Shown: positions 27,478 to 39,568, numbered from the whole stretch's first letter. The stretch: DNA of 63,106 nucleotides, filler included, from Octopus bimaculoides (GCF_001194135.2; 7 parts of 6 records of this genome joined end to end with filler, not necessarily neighbours in it), one strand, 5' to 3'. Translations and numbers: made by a program. Notes: generated from the letters alone by a model not told the origin.

Positions 27478-27783
27478 TGCTACAGATCACGATGAGAGGG
27501 ATAACTTCCCTTGGCAAAACATACAGGACACAGAAGTGTGTCGATAAACCAGCTGGAGGAAATGTTCTCCTGGGGCTAAAAGCAACAGTAACATCCACCC
27601 CTAGGGGTCAGCCACATTTAAGTGGCAATATACTTCACTTTATCGTGCAGTTACTGTTAATACTTCGTTTAGAGAATTAACATTGCTTGTTTTCACTTTT
27701 TCGATATTAGTAAATAATTTCACTGGAAAAAGATACATAAGTTTTGCCAAGAATTAGCTTTCTCATCGCAGATCGGTGGCTAT

Positions 27784-27828
27784 CGGACGCTGACGAAGGG
27801 AAATAACCCTGAAACTCGAGTCCGTTCG
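27784..27828 (+). ncRNA. Type I hammerhead ribozyme, unit B (GUC cleavage site after 27822)
   Basis: Identical core to unit A except that H17 is C. Confidence 0.9.
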
Positions 27829-28438
27829 TGCTACAGATCACGATGAGAGGGATAACTTCCCTTAGCAAAACATACAGGACACAGAAGTGTGTCGATAAGC
27901 CAGCTGGAGGAGATATCCTCCTGGGGCTAAAAGCAACAANNNNNNNNNNNNNNNNNNNNNNNNNNNNNNNNNNNNNNNNNNNNNNNNNNNNNNNNNNNNN
28001 NNNNNNNNNNNNNNNNNNNNNNNNNNNNNNNNNNNNNNNNNNNNNNNNNNNNNNNNNNNNNNNNNNNNNNNNNNNNNNNNNNNNNNNNNNNNNNNNNNNN
28101 NNNNNNNNNNNNNNNNNNNNNNNNTACGTTCGTGCTACAGATCACGATGAGAGGGATAACTTCCCTTGGCAAAACATACAGGACACAGAAGTGTGTCGAT
28201 AAACCAGCTGGAGGAAATGTTCTCCTGGGGCTAAAAGCAACAGTAACATCCACCCCTAGGGGTCAGCCACATTTAAGTGGCAATATACTTCACTTTATCG
28301 TGCAGTTACTGTTAATACTTCGTTTAGAGAATTAACATTGCTTGTTTTCACTTTTTCGATATTAGTAAATAATTTCACTGGAAAAAGATACATAAGTTTT
28401 GCCAAGAATTAGCTTTCTCATCGCAGATCGGTGGCTAT

Positions 28439-28483
28439 CGGACGCTGACGAAGGGAAATAACCCTGAAACTCGAGTCCGTTCG
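28439..28483 (+). ncRNA. Type I hammerhead ribozyme, unit B copy (GUC cleavage site after 28477)
   Basis: Same sequence as 27784-27828. May be a redundant assembly copy. Confidence 0.85.
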
Positions 28484-28719
28484 TGCTACAGATCACGATG
28501 AGAGGGATAACTTCCCTTAGCAAAACATACAGGACACAGAAGTGTGTCGATAAGCCAGCTGGAGGAGATATCCTCCTGGGGCTAAAAGCAACAATAACAT
28601 CCATCTCTAGGGGTCAGCCACATTTAAGTGGCAATATACTTCACTTTATCTTGCAGTTACTGTTAATACCTCGTTTAGAGAATTAACATTGCATGAATAT
28701 ATATATTTTATCGTTTATC

Positions 28720-28895
28720 TTTTACTTGTTCAGTCATTTCACCACAGCCAGGTTGGAGCACCGCCATGGAGAAATTTAACCGCACGAATCAACTCCATGA
28801 GATTAGTACTATCGGTCAGTTTAAGAACCATTAAGCCACGGTGACGTAAACAAAGGAACACCAGTCATCAAGAGGTGGGGGGGGGGCAGACACTT
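28720..28895 (-). mobile_element. Degenerate SINE family 2 3' body
   Basis: ttttacttgttcagtcattt...gttggagcaccgcc...gacgtaaacaaaggaacaccagt is the reverse complement of the 35740-35930 body. Confidence 0.6.
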
Positions 28896-29047
28896 GCTCA
28901 AAGCACACAGACAGTTATCTACATGTATACACGATGATCTTTTAGCTTTCATTTCCAGTGTACGAGATCGACTCAAAAGCCTCGAATTGCAACTCCTTTT
29001 CTATATGTGTGTGTGTAAGAGTGAATGTGTGTGTGCCTGTGTGTGCT

Positions 29048-29147
<100 letters not shown>

Positions 29148-29519
29148 TCTGTGTGTGTATGTGTGTGTGTTTGTCTGTGTGGATTTGCATGTGTGTGGAT
29201 GTGTATGTGTGTTCGAGTTGTAACAGCTTAGCGAATGACTTGATATAATACCAGGTTTTGAAATAGAATAATTATATCATGGTTCAGTCATGTAAGAGAG
29301 AAACAATGATTATACTTACATTACTTTCATTCTGTGTGATAAATGGAAGATAACAGTGTATAATAATGGTAAAAATTTATCTTCCTATTGACACATACAT
29401 GCATAGACACGAACGCACACACACACAGACGCACACACATTTTTGTCTCTCGTAGTCCGAAAAAGAGGCTTCTGCAACTCCTTGCTCAAAAGGATGCACC
29501 AATGTTTCTTTATAGACTA

Positions 29520-29705
29520 AATACATGCGATATATAACAGGTAGAGCATGTACACAGTGTATCACTCCTCAAATACCGAAGTGATCGCAAAGCCACGTAA
29601 TATAAAGTGTTTCCCCCCTGAACAAAATGCCCCAACCTGTCCAAGGATAGAATCAATAATCTTTCGATTGTAAGTGCAGCACCATAACCACCCGGTCATG
29701 CACCA
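29520..29705 (-). mobile_element. Degenerate tRNA-derived SINE
   Basis: Minus head ggtgcatgaccgggtggttatggtgctgcac...gattctatcc has A/B-box-like spacing. Confidence 0.45.
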
Positions 29706-29724
29706 CACATACACTGACAAACAA

Positions 29725-29761
<37 letters not shown>

Positions 29762-29784
29762 TGTGCGTTTGTGTGTGTATGTTA

Positions 29785-29834
<50 letters not shown>

Positions 29835-31137
29835 CGATAGATAGATAAATAGATAGAAAGAGAGATATGCATATATGTACGAAGGTGAGAGTGATAGTTG
29901 TACCCTCGTATGTTAAAAAATGAGTAACACTAGCACGCACACTTCTACTGAATAAAGTTCATATATATGTATAGAGAAACGCACATAGACACATATGTAT
30001 ATACTCTGCACTTAAATGTGAATTTACGTGCGTGTAACTCGTCAAAGAAGAAGTTTACACTCCCTTGCGGTTGCTATGTCTAAAATCTCCAGCCATGTTG
30101 TTTTATAAATCGTTACAACTTGGTAGTTAGAAATATATCGTGAGAGACACTCGTTTCTCGTCAACATCTGTTGCGATAATATGAGTTATGCAGGTTATTT
30201 TACCAAGGACTGGGCTTTATGGAGCCATAAACGTACGGTAGAATGTTTTTTTGCAGCTAGTGCGTATCGCATGTGTCTACAACAATGAAAATTACTGCGT
30301 CATTGAAGGAAGGTATAATTCAGGCGAAACATTCACAAATCTGAAGTCTTCCTTGAACCTGAGTCCTTTGTTCAAGCATCGAATATCTGTATGATATGAA
30401 GTCTTGGTCTCGACTCAGTAACCCAAGTAGGGATGTCAGATAGTCATTAAGTTTTTGACGCGCCAGTACGAAATCCCATGGAATATTATGTTTGTAGTGT
30501 TTTTGAACGAGAAACTAATGTACATCCTCATACAAAATAACTTCAATGGCGATCGTCAATACCCGGTAAATATCTAAAATGAATAAGAACTATTTACTGT
30601 TGGTATGTAAACGAAGTCGGTACGCATTGAAACAGTCATCGAAGCTGTAAGTGGAGCCAAGGATAATCTTATATGCAGAAATATCGGGAGCATGTGCAAA
30701 AATGTATTTCGTACTAGGTTAGAATTGTTTTCTTAACCATCTATATATATCTTCAAATACCTTTGACTCAATCAGGAGTACAAATGTAAAAATTGAAATG
30801 GAAACAAAAAACAAACAAAAACGAAATAATAAATGGTCTTATGAATGAAAAATTGGTAATTGCGTTTATTTCCGCCATGTGACACTTATGAAATCAACGT
30901 GTTGTCTATAGAAAAAGTGCTCTTTCGTACGAGTAAATGCCGATGAAGTCATTTCAAACCTTTCCGATTTCCCTTATCAGAACGGCTAGAAATGGTGCAG
31001 CAATTTGACATGTAAGTAATTGTTACCCAGGAAGAGGATTTTTTTATGTTCAAGAGAGTGTATTTGTAAGAAATTGATGAAATACATATGTATTTCATAC
31101 GAGTAGCAAATTGTGGAGGATGGTATTCACTGTACTT

Positions 31138-31871
31138 GGATCTAGTTAGTTTAAGTCAGAAAATCAGCCCTCTTTTAAAATGAAGTAAAATATCTGAAGA
31201 TTTGTCAAATTGAACATTCATTTCTTATTCACTTGAACCAAAAAATTTATTGAGAAAAAATTGACAAAAAGTTACAGACGTTTAAAAAATCGAAAAACTG
31301 TCTATTTTTAGCCAATAATAAACTTTCGTTGTAGCCAACGGTGTCAAATTTAAGGTTGTATCCTGTGTAAGTTTGTACCCTGTGTGACCTGTTCATTGTA
31401 GGTTTCTAAATAAAGATGTAAACATTATAAAGTCATGTTTTTATTTGTATTTAATTTTTTTGTAATATTAATGTATTTTTATGTATATGAGCAGCTAGGA
31501 TCTAGTTTGATTCATTCAGAAAATCTGCACTTTTTAAAAGGAAGTAAGAAATCTGAAAATTGGTCATATTAATGCAGGTTTCCACGCTTATTCCTGTGAA
31601 GCCATGGACATCTGGAGAAAACGTTTGACGAAAAAGTTACAGACGTTTAAAAATTAAAAACAAAAATGCCTATTTCTAGACAATAATTCGACAGAAATGT
31701 TCTGCGTTGTCGCAGTGTCAACCTAGCAGTGTCAACTTTAAGGTTGTACCCTGTGAAATTTATACTTTAGCATCCAACACGAATACTACATAGCACATAA
31801 AGAATCAGTTTTCAAAATATTTTGCTTTCCTTTAAAAAATGCAGATTTTGTGAGTGACACTGGTTAGATCC
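31138..31871. mobile_element. Two diverged tandem copies of a DNA-transposon/MITE-like unit; the second has imperfect TIRs (31498-31871)
   Basis: Shared ggatctagtt...cagaaaatc, aaaaagttacagacgtttaaaaa and gtgtcaa.tttaaggttgta.cctgtg. The right end gcagattttgtgagtgacactggttagatcc is an imperfect inverse of the left end. Confidence 0.5.
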
Positions 31872-33034
31872 CACATAAATTATGTATGCATACATTCATA
31901 TAATATATTTGGATACTTTGACAAGAATTGAAGACTGGACCAAGCTACATACGTTTAGTACTAGTAAATGCATATTAGTATATTATTAAAACTTAAATTA
32001 CAAATTACATTTATTCTAATTTATATGAACGTATGAGATATTATTAATGAAAATACAGGATTATTTTCTCATTATTCAAGTTGTTATCAATATTGGAGTC
32101 TCAAGAGAGGAGCATTGAAAGAATCGCTGGGGCATCGATAAAGGTTCCTTGCAACATCTCAAAGAGAATTTTGCTTTCGTTCTTCTGATCGATAGAATGA
32201 AATGCCATTTACAACTCGAGATATAATCACCCAAACCTGTCCACTATATTTTAAATCTTATACTTTTAAGAATCCCCAATATATTTTTATGCTCCAAATG
32301 GTAATACCTAGATTGAATAATATTAAATTATGTTAGAATAAATTATATTAGAGGTCATGATTTAGTTGTATATGCCACCAATTCTCAAATATTTAATCTC
32401 TTTATATATGTAAATAGCTTTATTATGAAGTTACTGTTATCTATACATTTATAATGTTTCTTTTACGTAAATTGCATTTCTAGACACAATGCCCTAACCA
32501 CTTCTGCTGAATATAATTATTGTGAAAACTACAGAATTTCCAACATGTAATATATTAGAATTAATAATTTATGTGTTTGTGTTTGAAACATGAGATATTG
32601 GTGTCCAGATTTTGATATTTATAACTATATTTAGAAGTCTCTTTTTATGCAGAATAGGACAGAATCAACTGACCCGATATATTGAACATACATTTATGTT
32701 AGATATCAATCATTTAACATTAAAATAATATGCCTAAGTTGAAATAGTTCGCTTTGTAATGCAACAGCTTGAAGTATTGGGTCCTACTATACTTACGAGT
32801 TGGTCAATAAGTGGAAATAGGTAGCTTGAACAGACCCCGACTCTTTCTCTCTCTCTCTCTTTCTCACTTTCTCTCTCTCACTCTCTATATATGAGCGTGT
32901 GTGTGTGTGTGCGTGTTTAAATATATATATATATANNNNNNNNNNNNNNNNNNNNNNNNNNNNNNNNNNNNNNNNNNNNTTAATTAATTAANNNNNNNNN
33001 NNNNNNNNNNNNNNNNNNNNNNNNNNNNNNNNNN

Positions 33035-33330
33035 NATGAGGTTTTTCGAGCGAGATCGTTGCCGGTGCCCCTGGACTGGCTCTTGTGCAGGTGGCACATA
33101 AAAGACACCATTTTGAGCGTGGCCGTTTTCGTGCGGGTGACACGTAAAATCACCCACTACACTCTCTGAGTGGCTGGCGTTAGGAAGGGCATCCAGCTGT
33201 AGAAACTCTGCCAAATTAGATTGGAGCCTGGTGTTGCCATCCGGTTTCACCAGTCCTCAGTCAAATCGTCCAACCCATGCTAGCATGGAAGGCGGACGTT
33301 AAACGATGATGATGATGATGATGATGATGA
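33035..33330 (+). mobile_element. RTE-LINE 3' UTR / tail fragment ending in (GAT)n
   Basis: taggaagggcatccagctgtagaaactctgcc...ccaacccatgctagcatggaa...gacgttaaacgatgatgat is the same as the 3' end of the 46.3-48.2 kb element. Confidence 0.85.
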
Positions 33331-33752
33331 TATATATATATATATATATATATACAGGGTGGGTGGAAAATAAGTAGGCATTAAAAATTGGTAATAAAAT
33401 CCATGCGTTAAACGATGATGATGATGATGATGAGTGCACCAAAAATGGATATCAGAAACATCTGTAAGTCTACAATGCACAGATAAATGGATGTATAAAG
33501 CCCATTACTTATGCTTCTTCTTGTCTAGTACTCTGTGAAAACAAAGCATATTAGCTTGGTTATGCAACTATGGATTTACAACTGGTGATGGACTTTGACC
33601 TCAGATCTCACTTCAGTATTACCTGGAGTTCTATACCAATCCAAAAGCCTTTTGTTAGCCCGGTGTATTTGTAATCGCAGAGACCTTCAGAAGAATTTTG
33701 CTTGGATTGACAATCCCTTTTTAATAACTCACTATTCTCACATGACTGAATC

Positions 33753-34040
33753 CAAATGTGATCGGTGCCAGGGCCGCCTGACTGGCTCCTGTGCCAGTGG
33801 CATGTAAAAAGCACCATCCAAACACAGCCGATGCCAGTATCCCCTGACTGGCTCCCATGCTGGGGGCATGTAAAAAGCAGCCACTGCACTGTCGGAGTGG
33901 TTGGTACTAGGAAGGGCATCCAGCTGTAGAAACATCACCAGATCAGATTGGAGCAGCTGCTGGCACTCCAGACCTCAGTAAAACCGTCCAACCCATGCCA
34001 GCATGGAAAGTGGACATTAAACAATGATGATGATGATATA
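33753..34040 (+). mobile_element. RTE-LINE 3' UTR / tail fragment with two 66-bp subrepeats
   Basis: Same tail family, with gactggctcc at 33780 and 33846. Confidence 0.85.
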
Positions 34041-35152
34041 TATATATATATATATATATATCCACTAATTCACATATCCGAAAAAGAAGTACACTCTAAA
34101 ACATTAGAGCAGTATTCTTTTATTCTTGTACTCTTTCATTTATTTCAATCGTTTGACTATGGCCATGCTGGAGCACCGCCTTTAGTCAAGCAAATCGACC
34201 CTAAGACTTATTCTTTATAAGCTTAGTACTTATTCTATCGGTCTCTTTTACTGAACCACTAAGNNNNNNNNNNNNNNNNNNNNNNNNNNNNNNNNNNNNN
34301 NNNNNNNNNNNNNNNNNNNNNNNNNNNNNNNNNNNNNNNNNNNNNNNNNNNNNNNNNNNNNNNNNNNNNNNNNNNNNNNNNNNNNNNNNNNNNNNNNNNN
34401 NNNNNNNNNNNNNNNNNNNNNNNNNNNNNNNNNNNNNNNNNNNNNNNNNNNNNNNNNNNNNNNNNNNNNNNNNNNNNNNNNNNNNNNNNNNNNNNNNNNN
34501 NNNNNNNNNNNNNNNNNNNNNNNNNNNNNNNNNNNNNNNNNNNNNNNNNNNNNNNNNNNNNNNNNNNNNNNNNNNNNNNNNNNNNNNNNNNNNNNNNNNN
34601 NNNNNNNNNNNNNNNNNNNNNNNNNNNNNNNNNNNNNNNNNNNNNNNNNNNNNNNNNNNNNNNNNNNNNNNNNNNNNNNNNNNNNNNNNNNNNNNNNNNN
34701 NNNNNNNNNNNNNNNNNNNNNNNNNNNNNNNNNNNNNNNNNNNNNNNNNNNNNNNNNNNNNNNNNNNNNNNNNNNNNNNNNNNNNNNNNNNNNNNNNNNN
34801 NNNNNNNNNNNNNNNNNNNNNNNNNNNNNNNNNNNNNNNNNNNNNNNNNNNNNNNNNNNNNNNNNNNNNNNNNNNNNNNNNNNNNNNNNNNNNAAAAGAT
34901 TATTCCCTGAAGACGTGTATGGCAACTTATATGTTTGACTTAAACTTGACGGTCAAATATAGCTTTATACAGAAATGTTGACATAGGAATAAAATACATT
35001 GATATGGATATTAGCGTCAAATCTCTCTTAAATTTAAAAATTTAAAACTTTGGATATATAAACAAGGAGAACGATCCCTAAGGAGTCTAATTTAGATTTT
35101 TTTGCGGTGAAATCTCCTGCTATATTGGTAACGATTACATAGTTTACTATGA

Positions 35153-35190
<38 letters not shown>

Positions 35191-35191
<1 letters not shown>

Positions 35192-35349
35192 AACCTTGCG
35201 AGTGGATTTGGTAGATGGAAACTGAAAGAAGCCCAATGTATATATATCGGCCTGAGGCTATAGTAGAAGTTACTTGCCCAAGATGCCATGCAGTGGGACG
35301 GAACCAGGAACCATGTGGTTAGTAAGCAAGCTACTTACCACACAGCCAC
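35191..35349 (-). mobile_element. SINE family 2 head with an internally inverted segment
   Basis: 35248-35349 is the minus-strand head, while the adjacent body segment 35191-35247 is in plus orientation. Confidence 0.75.
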
Positions 35350-35510
35350 ATATTTTTTTAGAAAGTTAATTGCTATAACTGGTCAGAGAGTGACCATTGG
35401 TTTTGGACCGATGCAGCGTTTAGCTGTATAGGTGACTTATCAGACTCAAATGGTTGCTCTCTGACCCGCCATAACAATCTACTTCCTAAAAATATATATA
35501 CATATACATA

Positions 35511-35930
35511 GGCACAGGAGTGGCTGTGCGGTAAGAAGCTTGATTCCTACCACAGGGTTCTGGGTTCAGTCTCACTGCGTGGCATCTTGGGCAAGTGTCT
35601 TCTACTATAGCCTCAGGCTGACCAAGACCTTGTGAGTAGATTATTAGACGGAAACTGAAAGATGCCCGTCACACACACACACACACACACATATATACAT
35701 GTGTGTGTGTGTGTGTATTTATGTGTCTGTGTTTGTCCTCCCACCATCGCTTGACAACCGATGTTGGTGTGTTTACATCCATGTAACTTAGCGGTTCAAC
35801 GAAAGAAACCAATTAAATAAGTACCAGGCTTACCAAGAATAAATCCTGGGGTTGATTTGTTCGACTAAAAAGGTGGTGCTCCAGCATGGCCGAAATCATA
35901 TGACTGAAATAAGCAAAAGAATAAAACAAA
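35511..35930 (+). mobile_element. tRNA-derived SINE family 2, full length with internal (CA/TG) microsatellite
   Basis: ggcacaggagtggctgtgcggtaag...gggttcagtc...ctactatagcc...ggaaactgaaaga...ggtgctccagcatggcc...aaaagaataaaa. Confidence 0.88.
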
Positions 35931-36762
35931 ATACATACATACATATATATATAGAGAGAGAGAGTGAGAGATAAAGAAGACAATGAATAATTGCAACACT
36001 GTAAACATCAAATACTGACAGGATACTGTTGTCACGTAAATACCAAATTCAATTAATAACCAATGATCCAACTCACCGATAGCTCTTTGGTGCGGTGTAA
36101 GTATAAAATAGTAACACACAAATGGTATCTAAATTGGCAACACCTGTTTTGGTAGAACTTTATTCCATGTAGTCATAAAAGATTACATAACGTTATGCAA
36201 TTCCACCACCATCAGGTATAATTTAAACAGTCAGCCAGGAGCACAGACTACTTAGGTAGTGTTTTCATGTTGAACATACCGATTCATAGAAGGAGAAAGT
36301 GGGTGTGGTCCAAATAGGCAATTAACAAACATAGAAAATCGTAAAAAAATACAATAAAACAAATCTAGTTTATGATCCATTTCTGTGTTACTGTTTTATA
36401 CTTATGCTCGAGTAAAGATCCACAAATGAGTCAGATCATTGGTTATTAATTGTATTTGGTATTTACATAAATACAGTATCTTATCAGTATTTGATGTCTA
36501 CAATCTTGTATTATTTCATTGTCAGCTCTATGTAATTATGCCTAAACATTTCCTGGTGTCATACATGTTGATTTGCCTTGATTCTTAATGAAACCTTATG
36601 ACTCTGTGTGTCTGTGTGTATATATATATATATCTTAATCATATCAAAGGGAAATGGAAATTAATAAAATTTTCACCTCCAAGTGGCCTGGCGTATAAAA
36701 GTTTTGTCCAAAGACTATGAATTACTCATAAGGTACAGTGTATATTTAAATACATAAGAGGA

Positions 36763-36976
36763 ATCCACTGATGGGATTCCTTACGCTAGAAAGAACTGCT
36801 AGGTTCTAGAACCAGAAAAATAGGGATAAATTCCGAAAGGAACGAAATGAAAAATAAAAATAAAAAATATGGTAAAAGTTTTTATTTTTCATTTCGTTCC
36901 TTTCAGAATTTATCCCTAATTTTGCGGTTCTAGAACCTAGCAGTTCTTTCTAGCGTAAGGAATCCCATGAGTGGAT
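36763..36976. repeat. Near-perfect foldback, about 98-bp arms with an about 18-nt spacer
   Basis: 36763-36860 versus the reverse complement of 36879-36976 differ at only about 5 positions by eye. Confidence 0.92.
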
Positions 36977-37404
36977 ATATATATGTGTGAAAACACAATT
37001 GTCAGTCAAGCTTGTATAGCATGCCATGTGTTTCCAAGCAATTTCCTAGACTCAAATAAGCAACATAGCTGGTATTTTTGGAAAAAAAAACATGAGCGGA
37101 CACAGGTCTTTGATAAAAAAAAAAAAAAAATGAGAAAGGGTGCTGGTATTTGAGAAAACATGAGAAAGAATGAGAAATGCTAAAAGAAAAAAAGTGGAAT
37201 GAGAAAAAAGAAAAATGAAAATTAAGAGCTGTGTACCTTATTCAAATCAGACTGCCCATCAGTTGTGTTTTCACAGCATGAAACTAATAGTAGCTCAAAT
37301 TTAAATCCTGTTTATATTAAATGATATTTATCTCTTGCTGGATAGAGTACGTCTTTTGTTGATCCCATGAATAATAAAACAGTACATAATGTGTGTGCAT
37401 ATGT

Positions 37405-37585
37405 TTACATATATCATCATTTAACATCCATTTTCCAGGTGGGCATGGGTTGGACAGCTTGGCAGGAAATGGCAAGGCCAGGGGCTGCAGTAGGTTCCAT
37501 AGTCTGTTTTGGCTGTTTCTACAGCTGGATGTCCTTACTAATGCCAACTACTTTACAGAATACACTGGGTACTTTTTACATGCTT
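37405..37585 (-). mobile_element. RTE-LINE 3' tail fragment (degenerate)
   Basis: catcatttaacatccattttcc...tttctacagctggatgtccttactaatgccaac is the reverse of the tail family. Confidence 0.75.
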
Positions 37586-38178
37586 AACTGGCTAAATTTT
37601 AGCCATTTCTCCACAGACTGAAAAAAACCAAAAAACAATGAATAACCTTAATCGATTTTTGAACCTTATTGGGTTCTCATCAGAGGTGTCCACATTATTC
37701 TGACAGTCTCCAGAGAAAGAAGCAGCCAAACTGCTTATATACTCAACAAATGCAGCAGTCACTCTATGAAGGAGTCCCTAATTTGCATACCAAAAGTGTT
37801 TAACAGTCTATAAATACCAGTGGCATGTCAATGGGGATCTTAGTCCACACAGTATCAAGGTATGATATAATATATATATATATGTATATGAATACAGTGT
37901 ACATTTAAACACATAAGAGGTATCAATCATAGGATATCTGGCATGCTAGAAGGAATAGCCAAAATCCAAACCACTATTAGGGATAAATTTCGAAGGGAAT
38001 GTAAAATAAAAACATTTACCATCTATTTCCGGGACCATGGTTTCTGACTTTAAATTAGCAAATAAAATAATTTGCTAGGTGAAGTACTATGTAGTCTATT
38101 GACTAATTTTTCTACACGCTAGGCCACTGGTAGCAAAAATTTCTAAAATTTTTTCTTACCCTGATATTATTAATTATA

Positions 38179-38215
<37 letters not shown>

Positions 38216-39444
38216 NNNNNNNNNNNNNNNNNNNNNNNNNNNNNNNNNNNNNNNNNNNNNNNNNNNNNNNNNNNNNNNNNNNNNNNNNNNNNNNNNNNNN
38301 NNNNNNNNNNNNNNNNNNNNNNNNNNNNNNNNNNNNNNNNNNNNNNNNNNNNNNNNNNNNNNNNNNNNNNNNNNNNNNNNNNNNNNNNNNNNNNNNNNNN
38401 NNNNNNNNNNNNNNNNNNNNNNNNNNNNNNNNNNNNNNNNNNNNNNNNNNNNNNNNNNNNNNNNNNNNNNNNNNNNNNNNNNNNNNNNNNNNNNNNNNNN
38501 NNNNNNNNNNNNNNNNNNNNNNNNNNNNNNNNNNNNNNNNNNNNNNNNNNNNNNNNNNNNNNNNNNNNNNNNNNNNNNNNNNNNNNNNNNNNNNNNNNNN
38601 NNNNNNNNNNNNNNNNNNNNNNNNNNNNNNNNNNNNNNNNNNNNNNNNNNNNNNNNNNNNNNNNNNNNNNNNNNNNNNNNNNNNNNNNNNNNNNNNNNNN
38701 NNNNNNNNNNNNNNNNNNNNATATATATATATATATATATATAGGGATAACAAACATATGGAAGTGTTCAGTTAACCTCTATTGCAGTAAATGAACCAAA
38801 TACAACTGTCCTCAAACGGGGACAGTAGGTTAATAAGGGTTAATAATGGTTATATGAAATGTCAAGCTAAAGAATATCAAAATAACTTATATATTATGAA
38901 TAAATAAATAAAATAAGAATAATCATCTACAGAAATGCAGCATCTTATTTTTTAAGAGGGAGTAGAGTTCTCATCTGCTTAGCAGTGTGAAAACAAGAGA
39001 TGGTTACGAGCCCAAAGTTTCCTTGTGGTTTTGGAAATATTGTGTATTTTAATGAAATATATATGAACACAGCTTTCTCTTTCTCTCCCTCTTTCTCTCT
39101 CTCTCTCTCTCTGTTTTTCTCTCTGTTTCTCTCGTTCACTTGGCAATATTCAAATGGAAAATTAAATGAATACATCACATATGCATACACACATACATAT
39201 ATGTACATACATGCAAATATATATGTACAAGCGTATAGACATACATAACATGCACACATACATACTTACATACATGCATCAATACATACATGCATACATG
39301 CACGTACACACACACACACACACTCACATGAATGCAATTCTACTAATCCAAAACCAAACATTGAAGCCTCAGCTGGAATGCTAAATACAAGTTTGTAATT
39401 TTAAAATATCTTTTCCAGCTTTGCAGTTTTAATTTTTCATCACT

Positions 39445-39448
39445 GTTT

Positions 39449-39506
<58 letters not shown>

Positions 39507-39520
39507 CCATNNNNNNNNNN

Positions 39521-39568
<48 letters not shown>

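Larger units (their letters stand above)
27347..28692 (+). repeat. Tandem array of 351-bp units (A-B-[gap]-A-B) carrying hammerhead ribozymes; retrozyme-like
   Basis: Period of 351 seen directly (27477 to 27828; 28132 to 28483). Two alternating sequence variants. N gap at 27940-28124. Confidence 0.93.

Noticed and set aside
27477-28686. Repeated 67-80 aa ORFs (MLQITMRGITSL..., MDVTVAFSPRR...) in the 351-bp array
   Set aside because: Short, starting at non-ATG codons in the plus frame, with no recognisable motif. Unit variation is better explained by RNA structure.
27347-28692. CRISPR-like or rRNA/tRNA array interpretation
   Set aside because: No unique spacers, no cas genes, eukaryotic context, and no tRNA cloverleaf or 5S boxes seen.
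34905-34960. ctgaaga motif as a hammerhead (similar cases at 26074 and 48376)
   Set aside because: No downstream GAAA with stem II and III at a compatible distance.
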